Below, one piece after another: positions 13,888-26,910 of a DNA stretch of 64,000 nucleotides (the stretch's first letter is position 1; every line of letters starts with the position of its first letter). The DNA comes from Marsupella aquatica (Eukaryota > Plantae > Marchantiophyta). Location: NCBI GenBank assembly GCA_973895155.1, contig OZ316898.1, positions 14,104,330 to 14,168,329 on the forward strand, read 5' to 3'. A program made the position numbers and the translations under genes. Under the pieces are notes generated by a model. The model searched no databases and was not told where the DNA came from. It saw nothing but the letters and a program-made list of their open reading frames with translations.

Positions 13888-15369
13888 GCATGAAGCTGGT
13901 TGAAGTAAAATGTCGACTTTGGCATTGTGCTCGTTAGGAGTTTGATCGCGGTCATCTGTGTAGCTTCGAATGGCTGTTAGTCAGTGCCTCTTGTTACTCT
14001 GATGAAAATAGCCAATAGCCAAGAAAAAAACTTAGCAGGGGGAAGTGGCAGACAAACTCATCAACCCACCTGCATTTAAACGTTTCGGCCGAGTCGTTTC
14101 ATAAATTAATTTGTGAGGCTCGATCAATCGAGTGAATGAGCCCATCAATCGTTTAGTAAAGTCGCGGAAGAAGAATCAGGTGTTGTGTATTGATCGAACC
14201 GAAGAAATTCTAGGTACGTTACAATAAATTAGAATGGAGACTAAAACAGGCCCGGGAGCAAGCTAGAACCAACGCTGTCGATTGAGAGGTCATATTCTGA
14301 GTCGAACGTACATCCAGTGCCCGACCAAAAGTTGCTTCTTGGCTAATTATAACTGGAAAATAATATTAATCACTCCTTGAGTAGATAGAAACTGGGAAAA
14401 TATATCATCACTTCTTCCTTGGGTAAGTAGTAACTGGGACCCTAACGCGACGGTGGCCTTTGCTGTTCACGGTAGTCCAAACTTGTCCTTTCTGCGCGGG
14501 TTTGCATGTGGGGGTATTGCAGACATAAGGTATATGCCTGGCAGGGGTAGTTGGAGTCAGCATTTAGTGATAGCTAGTAATCAAAAAATTTACTTGAAGT
14601 TGCTTGTGCTTGCAGTTATGTTCAGTGTTTGACTATGGAATGGTTTGTGTCCAATTATTCAAAGGCTACTCATTGCAATTCAACACTCTCCTGTACTTTG
14701 CCTTTCAAGCACGATTGAACTGTATATATGTGTGACCTTCCTTACTTTATATATGTGTGACCTTCCTTACTTTATGTAGTACTGCAGTACTGCAGTGCCG
14801 TTAGTAGCGTACTCTCAGGTTCAAGGCACCCTTGTAGTAGTCCTGTCAAGAGGCTTATTAAAATTATGATTTTATTTATCCTTAGTATTCATAAACAGGT
14901 CATAAATAGATATCTTGAAAATAAATAGCAAGAGCTAGTCTATCATTTTTGTTGTCCGGCTTTTCCCGTTCGTTTTTGAATCTAACTCGTAAATAACCTG
15001 GGCTAGATTTGTATATTTTTTCTTGTAAGTAAGTGTGTGAAGGTTTCCCTCGGCTTCTGCTTTGGTGCTGTTCAAAACTGTGGTCCCGTTCCAGGTGTAG
15101 GGTTAGGGTAGTTACTTCAAAAGGGTTTTGCTCAAGGATTAGGCAGTAACATAGAACGTTCAAAACTTACTTGCATGTTATTGCCAGGGTTAGGGTAGTT
15201 ACTTCAATAGGGTTTTGGTTGATTAGGCAGTAACATAGAAAGTTCAAAACTTACTTGCATGCTTGTTATTGCTGCTCCGGTGTTCTCCCGTTGTCATCTC
15301 TGGGCCTTTAGTAATATTAATAGTACTGGGAGGATGTGCATATGTCACAAGGGTATTTTAATTGGAATA

Positions 15370-16740
15370 AGTGGTGGCCCTTGCCACCCAGCACTTGCGC
15401 CTAAGTGCCCTCGGTGCCCGAACGCCTCCATGGAATACCTCGAGCAAGCATCCAAATGCCTCTAGCACCACCAGCGGCCACTCCCATACGCGGCCGCACT
15501 TGCTCACCTACACGACCGCTACTCAACGGTCCTCACTGTCTGCACAAGCAACCGAGCACCTCGGTAAGTAACCCCACCGGATCTAGAACTCGCCAAGTCT
15601 AGCATCCTAACTCAAGCTCAACAGACGTTGGTACATAGGTCAGCGATAGGTCCTCCCGATGCCATAAGCCGGAACCAGAACCCATGCCCACTGTCCGTCC
15701 AGGACAGCTCCTTCCTTGGGCGCGGCCCGGGTTCCCCCTCGTACCTATCCATCACCAACTGACCGCCCTGACCTCAGGGCATGCTCATGGCCCAAATAGC
15801 GTAGCTTGTCCTTAGAAAGCTTGTCCCAACACGCTGGGACCAGAACGGCCCGACTCAAACACCCACTCCCGGTTTGCCCCACTGATGGTCTAGGGACCGA
15901 GCGCCCTTGGGACTCAGCCTCCTTACCTACTTGGCCTTGCCCCCCCAACGCAAGGTCCCTTGGGAGACTGAACGCGGCTTGGCTGCTGTTCAACAGGATT
16001 TGGCAAGCGGGCGAGCTAACACCTGCAACCCACGAGAACCCATGGCACCCCCAGACCCATCTGAGCTTTCCAACGCACCTAAGAAGTCCTCCAACGGACT
16101 TTCTGTTGGGAAGATATTGTCATTTTTGTTTGGCGGTTTCCCTTAGTGTCGCGGCCGCCGCGGCTCACGACTTCGGCTCGCCCTTAGCCCCCAGGGAGAC
16201 ACCACTCCCCTCATATATGCTTCTGGAGACCTGCCACCCCCGGACCAGCTTTGGTCCCTAAATATTTGGCCCCTAACCCGGATCCCATCGCGCATAATGG
16301 GCGCGCCACCAACTGGCAACGCCCATAACTTTCTTGATAGGCATCCGCAAGCGGAGTGCCTTAGCCCGTTGTGACCGGGCCGACCCAGTGCTCATGCCTA
16401 GGCCCTCAATTCTGATCGCCGCTTGGGGCCCCCAACCGGCCCAACCCGGATCGGGCCACAACTTGCGCCCCAAGCGTCCGTTACCAATGGCAACAACTCC
16501 ATTGGGCTTGGGCCCAAGAGGAGCTCACTCCCAAGCCCTCAGAACTCAAAGCCCATCCGATGGTCCGGACGGCCATTCTTGAGCCCGGCCCATTTCCGCT
16601 TGACCCAACCAGCCATAGGCTACTCCAAGTCCTTAGTGTGTGTCCCCAGCTTGGCCCGTGTCTTGCTAGTGCCACGTCTCATTGCCCACAAGTCTCCCCA
16701 TGCTAAGTCCTCCCTGGATGGCCTATCTGGGCCTGGACCA
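15370..16740 (-). mobile_element. Probable degenerate LINE (L1-like) 3' fragment
   Basis: GC-rich block. Minus-strand traces EGLGM...RAKALRLR resemble the GGLG...AL..KW motif after LINE RT; PRCSVACADSED...KCGRVWEW resembles zf-RVT. Heavily disrupted. Confidence 0.4.
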
Positions 16741-16974
16741 TAACAGAGCTCGGCGACGGAGTCAGCGATGCCGGAGCTAAGTGTTAAGGTAGTCGAGTTC
16801 CGCGATTGAATACAAACTAATGTGTGTAATAATTTTTAAAGTAATCAACATTCCAATATATATATGATTGACATTTTTTAAGTAATGCCTTGTATTAAAC
16901 ATGTCACATTTTGTATGTAAGGGGTACTCAAAATGAGAAGGCGGGGGATAAGGACATGTGTCAATACCTCATTA

Positions 16975-17307
16975 ATTGGTACATGACGTGCATCACCTAC
17001 GACAAAGGATAGGTCATTTTATTGGTTTCAAAGGGAGATTTAAGAATTTTCTCAAAAGAACAATTGCCTACTCTCCAAAGTTTCTAATGACAAATGCTCA
17101 AAACTCAGGTATTCTAAATCTAATTTTGCAACTTATAAGAACATTAGGGTCCTTCCAACCAAATTTTTGGAAGATTCCAAGAATATTCTAACTTTATAGG
17201 GGTTGAAAAATACCAAAATTTTTACATTTTTAGGGGTATTGAGGCCTAAAAACATCACAGTTGATGGGGAGGACTCCATATAGGCCCGCATACAATGAGA
17301 CCCCGAG
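16975..17307. mobile_element. Degenerate MITE family B-related copy
   Basis: Shares GGTCATTTTATTGG...AAGAATATT...GAGGCCTAAAAACATC...GAGACCCCGAG; left end and TSD not resolved. Similar relics at 20366-20674 and ~59610-59846. Confidence 0.6.
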
Positions 17308-17785
17308 TGCTCATTTAGTGGGAGTTGATAGGTTACAGGCCTTTCACTACATGCTGACTGAGTTACTCTGCCGTTCATTTCTCTGTTCACTCAATTTTGT
17401 ATACTTAAAATGTCAAATTCATGCATTATATCAGTGATTTCACTAACTCTAGACATTCTTTTGTCCAATTTTGATCATGAAATTTCCAACACCAATTATT
17501 TTTTTCCCTATAACTTGAGTTCTAGAGTACATTGTATGTTATGCATAGATTTATTAGGAGTAGCTTGTTAAGCTTCATATATCTTGATCAAAAAATTTCA
17601 AATATGATATTGATAAGTCTCATATTTATCTAAAATTTAGTTGATTTAAATTTCCAAAAAGTTGTTATGAAATTTCCAAATCGTTAATAATATTCCAGAA
17701 TTAGTGAAACTATTGATTTATGAGATTCAGAACACTCTATTCTAAAGTGAAAGGCAAAGTCAATATGACTCTAGCTTAGATATGC

Positions 17786-18082
17786 CTCGGGGGTTTCACT
17801 TCCACAAAAATGGCATATCACGTGCGACGAAAGATAAGGTCATTTTATTGGTTCTAAGGGAAGACTTAAGAATTTTTACAGAAAAAACAATAGAGTCTTT
17901 TAAATTCAATTTTAAGACTTATAAGAACATTAGGGTCTTTTTAATCTAATTTTTGGAATATTCCAAGAATATTCCAACTTTATAAGGGTTAAAAAATAGT
18001 AATAAATTCTTAAATTTTAGGGGGTATGAGGCCTAAAACATCGCAGGTGATGGGGAGGTCCCCATATAGTGAGACCCTCGAG
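17786..18082. mobile_element. MITE family B
   Basis: CTCGGGGGTTTCACT...AGTGAGACCCTCGAG; TSD AGATATGC/AGAAATGC. Confidence 0.88.
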
Positions 18083-20894
18083 AGAAATGCTTGCATGTCT
18101 TCATATGTTTTCAATCATCTGGCTTCTCATACGCAAACATGTATATATGTTGCTATATACCATACATTGCTTGTTACACATATGCATCACATGAACATAT
18201 ATAGTAACTATGAGAACATACACATTGCTACATGTACGTATAACATATATTGTTTATCACGCACAGTCATCCAAACATGAATGAACACAATGCATCACAT
18301 GATTGAACATATTATGAGAACATACACATTGTTACATATGTAACAATCATACATTGTTTGTCATAAACATCCAAGCATGAATGACTTTTTTACAAAGGGA
18401 AGGATACAAAAATTGTGAATTGTTGTAATTGAGGTAAGTTTACATAACACAATGTAGAAGAAAATCCAGTCAAACCACGGAACATTTAGTCTCTATGAAC
18501 ATACATTTTTAGTGTTGTTAACCATAACACCCCCAGCCAAAACAAGATTTTAGCTGAAGTTTTTAGAGTTAATATTGCTCATGTAATCAGTTAATAATAA
18601 GTTAACACATATGAAGAGTAAAAGATTTTCATTTTCCCTTACTTTAGTAAAAGCAAAGGAGAAATAAAATAATGTGGCGATCCAATTGTTGAATGTGCAT
18701 TTTTATTGATAAATGCTCTGAAATTAATTACAAAAAGAAAATCCATGAAGGGCATTAAGCTAGGAAAGTGACAAGAGATAGATTATCTTATTTGAAGGCT
18801 ATTACAAAGGCCTTTTTTTCTCGCATTTGGTATCCAAGAGAACTATCCATGTGTGCATTGGAGAATATGAACATACTTCAAATTTTTCACTTTCCATGAA
18901 ACACGTTGACGGACCAAACGAGAAGTGTGACCACCAAATGAGAAGCCTGAGTGTTCAGTTTTTGCAAAAAATGGTGATCATACAAAATGAAGTTTTTGGT
19001 CAAAATCAACTTTTTTGATCAAAAATAATTGGAAAATGGATCAGTTTTTGCATTGCGTCCATTGATGTTTTTGGAGCTAAACTAATGATCATGAGATTAA
19101 ATATCTGGATGTCATCTTTAGTGTGAGAGTAGAGACAAGAATCCTCATATTTGGAAAAACAAATTTTGTTAGATAAATTTTTGCAATGGTTTCCAAACTC
19201 AAGATTTTGACAAAAATCAAAATTTTTATGATGAGAGAAAGTGCACTCAACTTTTAACATGCCAAAAGTGATACCATGTATCTCATTTTGGATTCAGTGT
19301 AAGAATTGGCTAGCGCAACCCCCACAAATGTTGTTTGATGTGATAATGAAAATAATGACAACAATTTCTAAATTTAAATTCACGCAAAACTCCAAATTTG
19401 ACTATTGATCATGTCAACCCAAGGTTGAGGGAGCTACCACGTAACTCTCAACGTAATTGCATAGTTAAGCCCACAATCAGTTACTTTAACTCAGAACTAG
19501 TTAAGCTAACTAAGAAACATCAATTGTAACCCCACAATTATGGACCAACATTGTTGCATTGTTAAAACCAGCAAACCAAATCCCAATCATGATCCATGGA
19601 TCATGGGTTGCTGCCCATACACAAAATTAACCGTTAAAAACATGATCCATTTTTAAACACAGAAAATAATGAGGGGAATTCCATCTGTGATCCATGGATG
19701 GAATTAGAAGATAATTTGAAATTAGAAGATAATTAAGGTCTTCTGGTCACTGCCTTTGGTTTTTGTTGTCTCTATCAAAACATATATTATACTATTGCAC
19801 CAAAAAATGGTGTGGCCATCATTTGAATTTAACACAATGTTTTGGGTGGGAATTATCGAATTTGTAAAAAGTAAGGAATAAAGTTGGAAACTCGGGGACG
19901 CAACTCAGTCTTGTATAATAAACAGGGGTCTACATTTTTATATGGTCGAACTAAAAAGTTGGCTACAAGAAAAATTAAATTTTCAGAAAACTTGGGTTCC
20001 AATTTTAAAAAGTTTGAAGTCATATCAAAGGGTTGGTTTTCTTATTTTTTTCCACATAAAATGAAAAAACATTCCTAACGTTGTTGTATTTTTTATTAAA
20101 ATATTTTTGGAATTTTAATAAAAATACCAAAAATCTGGCTAGTTTGGCTGTAGACCTCTGTATTAAAAGAAAGCCATATAATTTGGTTTTGATCAAATTT
20201 ATCCATATCTAAACAAATTCATTTTTTTTAAAGATACATCTTTGGATTCCTTGAGTTGAGAGGTACAAGATTTGAGTAGACTAAAATGAAATTTCATATG
20301 GTGAATTGGATATAACGTCATTATATGGAATTATAAAGTTGCCTTATAAAAAGGGGAGTTGCATACCCGGGGTTGGAAAAACTATCCCTCCACTTCTCTC
20401 CTTGCAACCTATTAAACACCCTAAAAAATAAGAAAGAAAATAGCAGGGAAAATAGATATTTTTGAGCTATTTTCTATCCCTATCTTTTTGAAATATTCTA
20501 AAAATATCCTCAACATGATTCATTTCTAAAACCCTATCTTCTTTTAAAATTCTCAAAATTGGATTTTAAAATTTTCAAATAATGTTCTTCTACATAAATT
20601 TAAAAGTATTCTTCTCAACCTAAAAAACAAACCCTACACTTACTTTTGCACGATAGGTAAGTAGGGACTCCGAGGCCATGACATTTTTTAATTTCTCGTC
20701 ATTTTTTCCCACATCTTTTTGCTTCATGACATCTTTGGCACCACGACATCTTTTTACACAATATCTTTGACATAACAACACCTTTGGTGCCATGACATCT
20801 TTTTACTCAATGATCGACATATTTTTACTTGATGACATTTTTCATATAAAGACATCTTTGGTGACACAACTTCTTTATTCTTAACTCTATTATA

Positions 20895-21173
20895 CTTGGG
20901 GTTGTCACTATATGAAGGCCTCCCTATCACATGCGATGTTTTTAGGCCTCAGGCCCCTAAAATGTAAGAAAAAAAATGATTTTTCAACCCCTATAAGAAT
21001 ATTCCAAAAATTTGGTTAAAAGTACCTTAATGTTTTTATATGTCTCAAAATTGGATTTAAAAGACCTTAGTATTGTTCTTCTAAGAAAATTCTTAAGTTT
21101 TTCCTTTGAACCAATACAATCCTTATCTTTATCGCACGTGATGTGTCATTTTTGTGGAAGTAAGACTCCCGAG
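20895..21173. mobile_element. MITE family B (reverse orientation)
   Basis: Perfect TSD CTATTATA; internal sequence matches 17786-18082 on the opposite strand. Confidence 0.88.
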
Positions 21174-21466
21174 CTATTATATTGTTAATATTGATATTTG
21201 CTTGAAGAAGTGGAAGCTTCAATTGATGGTTGTAGTTAGTACAATAAGTTGAATGATTGCATGGAGAGGAAGGATGGTTGGAAATTGAGAGAAACTACCC
21301 AAGATTTGGGGATATCAGATTTAACAAGAGGCCTTTTAACTTATTTTGTTATTTGACCAGACAACAACGTACAGCATAATTAAATGATGATTAGTTCATA
21401 ACACCCCAAAGGAAAATGACTAGTATATAAATGCATAATTTGGGGTATAGCAGTGGAGACAGGAAA

Positions 21467-21557
21467 CAGGAAACAGTTTTCCTGTTACCAAGTAATTTCT
21501 CCTGGTAACAGGAAACAGTTTTCCTGTTACCAGGTAATTTCTCCTGGTAACAGGAAA
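21467..21557 (+). repeat. Subterminal 42-bp tandem repeat of the MULE left end
   Basis: CAGGAAACAGTTTTCCTGTTACCA(A/G)GTAATTTCTCCTGGTAA at 21467 and 21509, partial at 21551; internally palindromic; related CTGTT repeats lie at the right end (32993-33040). Confidence 0.85.
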
Positions 21558-22204
21558 TTGTTATTGTAAAAGTGTACTATTTGGCAAAGTTTTTCTAAAA
21601 TTCACGTAAGGAACAACCACATACTTAAGCTAAAAATATTCCTACTGGCATAAGACACGACGTCAGATCTAAGGGAAAAGTGTGCTCACAGTTGCTCGGA
21701 GAGGTTCCAATCCATTGTCACTTGCTCAGATTATAGATAAAAAAGGGTTGTCATTCAATTCACTGCTGTTTAAATACAACAACATTTCTAAACAGTCCAC
21801 TTTTAAATGCTTCATTTAGTTCATATACTTCATTAGTGTGGTTAAAAAAAGGCTAACCATAATACCCATGGAGGAATGGAGTATGCTCAGGTGGGACCCA
21901 CCACAAAGCCAGTTGTGGACTGAATTATGTTATCGGAAACATAGGGGTCTGTCAGGCAGAGTGTGAAACTAGCGCCAGGCGCTAACAAAGGATTAAGTAC
22001 GCAGAATAATGGGACGATAATAAAAGCTTATGGAACCATCCAATGGCAATAACCACAAAAAACAAAATTTTATAAATAAGTTATTGACCAGCGCCCGACA
22101 CTAACCAAAACCACATAAAAAACTAAAGTAATATCCGTTGACTAAAGACAAAACAACATAGTATCCGTTATGGAATACGACAGTTAAGGATAAATCGTGT
22201 CCCT

Positions 22205-25200
22205 CTATAAACCATTTGCGTTGTGCCTCTCCAACACAAGTCTGACTTCTCCAACTGTCAAAATCGGCTGGCTACACAGGGTAGACTCCTCTACATGAAA
22301 CTTGAAGACATTTATGAACACCCAGTACAAATGTTTACAGGGCATATACGGCTTGCCGCGGGAATGACGACGGAAGAAATCCTCACAGGAACAAGTAGGG
22401 AAGATGCACATTTGGACAAAGTAAGTGTTTGGCGATCGAAGGTTCTCGTGAGTCCGTATTCTGAATTGTTTCCCATAAGCAATTCCACTAATCACATCCC
22501 ACTCTCCATCCAGAGTCATAGCTTCTTTTCGAGCCGACTCCATTCGTTTACTATGAGCCACAGTTAGATTAGAGCGAGGTCTGGAGTTCCTCCCATTCCT
22601 GCTACGAAGGCGCACGTTGGGCTCCGAAAAATTGATTTTCTCTGGAAATGTGTTAACATTGATTCTCAAGTCGAATGCAAATGGTGCAGTTCGAGTTCGA
22701 GAGGGCGTAGCTGTTTGGACCATAGAGACTCCCTGCGCTTGAAGGTACTCTATCTCGCCAGGCGAGAGGTTTGTTCCTTTCACAACTGGCAGGATGTCTG
22801 GTACAGGAGGAAGGCGTTCAACACCACGACGCGGGCGGCTCTTGTAGCATGTGCTGTTTGGGCAGAACCATATCATTTCGGCAATGGGAGTTCCTCTGAA
22901 AATCCGATGTCCGCTGACAACAATGCCGACAACACCGGCAGCAAAATGCAACCCTATTTTCTTGACACGATTTTGACACTCATCTCTGTCAGAATTTCCA
23001 TGCAAGGTCCCATTACACTGTGGCCCTGCCCCATATTTGGCCGTCCGTCTCAAATGCCAGCTTCCTCTTGGAACGTCCATTTCCAATGGAGCTGATTCTG
23101 TCGGCAAACGTTGAACCATGGCGGGGGCACTGCGTGGTTGTTGAGATGATGTTGTTTCCCTCGTGGCTTCAGGGGTGTTCGCAAGGGAATCGCTTTCACT
23201 TGTTGAAGTGTCACTCCCGCAGAGGTCTACTACAGGATCTACTACATTGGCGGGAATGGAAGTGAACTCAGTCTTGTTGAGATTCTTCTGTTTGAATCCT
23301 CGAGTATTTGGGGTAGTGATGAGAATGGTGTCATGCCGATGGGAGTCTTGTGGCGAGACAATCCCAGTTGCAAGTCCCTTCCTCTTAACTGATTTGGTGA
23401 CAATATCTCCATTCAGAGGAGAATTCCTACCCAGATCAAAATCGGCAGAGTTGGAAAGAATCATGTTAGTGGCTTCTTCGAATAACTTGGGTGAACCAGC
23501 TTGGTCTGCCGAACAGAATGCCAATTCCCAGATAGTTGGCCCCTTCCCTCTATTGAGTCCTTTCCGATATGCACTGTAACCTGCAACTTGAGATATAGCC
23601 CGATTTTGATCAACTTCGCATGCTTCGAAGAGGCCCACCATTTTTTTGGTTGCCCATGCTTTCATTGAAGCGTGCCTTGACTCAGAACCTGTACAGTTTG
23701 GAATGAGGGCACCTTCTTCTGCGCTTTTGCTCTGCAATGAAGTGAATCCAGACCAACTTTAGTCAATTTGTTTAAGCAGCGCCAGGCGCTAGCAATGTAT
23801 ATAATATATATTACGGTAATGTTGGTATTATCAAGTGTTCATAAGTCATCAATGTGGCAAAGTTCTCTGTACAGTTTAAAGCAACGCCAGGCGCTAGCAT
23901 TGTGTATGATGTAATAATATAATGTTGGCATCTGTACAGTTAAAAGCAGCGCCAGGCGCTGGTAAAAAACCTGGCGAAGTGACTATTGTAAGCATTGATA
24001 AAACTTACCACGCGAATGAAATTCCCCCACTGATGCCATCGAACGACCCACCATGATATCCAACTCTGCAACATCTTTCCCTGGAACACAGTTGCCTGCT
24101 TGCCACCATAACACAATCTCCCTAGAAACTCGGTACGCAGCAACGAATGATGGAGCAATTTCTCCCACAGTCTTAGATGTTAAGGTTGCCTACCCTCGAG
24201 TACTCCCTCGGTGGAATGTCGATGGAAAGACTGGTAAAAGTGGAATGCATCGGAGCGTTCACGTTCAGGGTCTGGGTGACCCCCAAAAAAGACATTGCGA
24301 ACGGCAATCCATCCAGCCTGAGCATTGTCGGCCATAAAACCTTGAATGGTAACCTCATGTAACCCATTTTCCTTACAAACCTCTATCATAATTCTCCATG
24401 CCTTCTCAAAGGACTCTGTGTCTTCAGCTTTTAGTTCGCATGTGAATATTGTACAAAGAGCTCGAAAGTTGTGATCGTAAACGTGTGCGCTAAAAGTAAA
24501 CCAGTCGGTTGTCACTCGCTTCATGACATCAAAACTCACCCAAGCCCCTTCCAGTCTTCTGCCAGGTTGCATCTGACGTAAAAGATCTACACCAGATCCA
24601 TGACCATTCACTGACATTTTGAATATGTGGGGACGATCTGCTAAACAACCCTGACCCGGAAGAAGATACCTTTGGAGAAAAGAAATATTATTTGACCTTG
24701 CATTCGAGCTAGGAAATCTAACTCACCACGACCAGCCTGGTCCATTCGAACGCTGTGACAAAGGGACACAAATTTATGAGGAGTAGATAGAACCATGAGA
24801 GACTTCCAAATTTCGGTTTCTTCAATATCTACGATGTCATCAACGTTCTCGCAAAGAGCTTTCACAAGCGAACCAGTCGCCGAATTCAAAATCCCAGCCG
24901 GTTTCACAAGAGGATTAGCTTCGTGATTTCTTTTTATTAAGTCCTCGGCCATCTTTTCAGCACTCCTCGAGAAAACTTTTCTACTCGGATGATTATGTTC
25001 ACCTATATGTACCGCGAGCCGAGACATGTGACTACAGGTTGCTGTATCAAGTAGGACCTGTGGATACATATAGAACAAACGAGCAGGGCAAGAGTCCACA
25101 TAAAAAGGAATCTTTTCACAGTAGTGACATACTATACCACCCTCTTCAATGAGCGAACCCACCACATGCTGACCACTAAGCTTAGGGGTACCAGCCCACG

Positions 25201-25984
25201 CTTTAGAATTGCATCTCTTCTTTCGCAAAAAATATTCACAAGATTTGTTCCTGCACTCGACGAACCCAGTACAACTGACTTTACCAAACTCCCAGTGTTT
25301 CTTTGGTTGCACGTTTACGGTCGTCAGAAAAATCCTGGTCCAAATGTAACAATCTTTGGCACGGTCCATGTCACGAAGTCTAGATCCTTTGGACTGCATT
25401 CCCACAATGGGAGGCAATTCAAATACAATATTTCCGTTGTACTTGTTTGGCAAACAAGGAACTTGATCGGGTCTAAAGTCCCCTGCCGACATAAATCTTG
25501 ACAATTCACTATGGCCGGTGGCCTTGAGTAAGGCGTCCATTGCACTCCGCCTGTAAACCTTCTGGACATCTACAGTGGAAGTGGCCACCGGTTCACTCTT
25601 AAGGCAACTAGAGCTTGGAGCTTTGTGCTTCTCAGGAGGATTGGGCGCAACTTCCTCATCTTCACTCTCAGATATTTCAACAACCTGGGGCGGAATGTCC
25701 TGAACAACCGATTGAAGAGGAGTAGGTCTGACATGAAGCGTGTAACAAAGTCCTACATTCATGTGCCAGAAACGTATTCCGTCATCCACATCAAATGCCG
25801 CAGCTGGTTCATGTCCTCCACTCGATGACTCCTCAGGAACAATCGACAGAATGTCATTGATTCTCAAATTGAATCTCCCGCACAAATAGTTCTTGCTTAC
25901 TTGCTTGTAAGTATCAGAAACCTGCACGGGAACTTTGACGACTTCCCGGGTACAAGCACGTGTAATAACAATTGAGCGCGACAT
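22205..25984 (-). pseudogene. MULE-type DDE transposase with N-terminal GCM-like Zn finger and C-terminal SWIM finger; disrupted
   Basis: ATG at 25984. GCM-like pattern SCTGFVECRNKSC...CHYC...C...HIGEHNHP. MULE core WVSFDVMKR...FMADNAQAGWIAVRNVF...DAFH, then SESRH (third acidic residue). SWIM CSCEDF...CKH. GT-AG intron 24008-23732 joins in phase 0. Lesions: frameshift near 24692, in-frame TAA at 24180-24182, probable compensating frameshifts near 24157 and 24062. Confidence 0.8.
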
Positions 25985-26910
25985 TGTAGACGAAAGAAGT
26001 TTAGGGCAGAAGTAATTCATGCAATAGCCCAATCCCAACCGTATTTCTTGTGCTTATAACACCCCTTCGAGGACCACCGGCCGTTGAAAGAGATGTTTCA
26101 ATACGACATAGAACACGCACAACTTTGCGTCCGTTGAAATCATAAATGATACATTTGTCGTTTTTGCCCGTCAAGTGCGGGTGTCAGGAATATTTATTAC
26201 ATGAATACGACTAGATAGTAGTCTATACAAGTGCATCCATTTCATTAGCGCCGGGCGCTACCTAAAAGCCATTGTAATAACAATGACATAATTTGAAAAG
26301 TATTCTGACTAGCGCTTGGCGCTAGCATAATTACACACAAAATATTTTTGCAAATATAGTAAAATTTTACTAGCGCCAGGCGCTACTATTGATACAATAA
26401 ATTTAATCTCATAATATTAAGTAAAATTTGGTTTCTACAGGTGAAACAGGTACATTTAGGAGTTTGTTGACAATATATGGTGCTTAGAAAGAACGTTAAT
26501 GAAATTATTCAAATGGCTAGTGCCGGGCGCTAGCATTTGTTCACCAATAAGTTCTTCAATTTGGTAGTCTCTTATTCGTTAGCGCCCGGCGCTGGCATTG
26601 CATGTTTGTCCGCAAGTTGCTGAGACAACGGTAACTTTTAATGGTAACTAATGTTCAGCGTGATTATCACGCAAACATTTTAGCGTAGTTCACATTAATA
26701 CTTATCGCAATTTCTAAGTTGTCGCTTTCCATCATTGATAAATTAAATTGAATCTTGTCGTTCGCAATGAGTAACGTCTCTCCAACCGATTACAAAGAGG
26801 GGAATAGCGCTCATTGATCGGATATAATACGGACGCAACTGTTAATATGGTACGGAGAATTGGTAATTAGTCGTGAGGATTCCGTTCGTACACCTTTCAT
26901 CGTAAAGACG

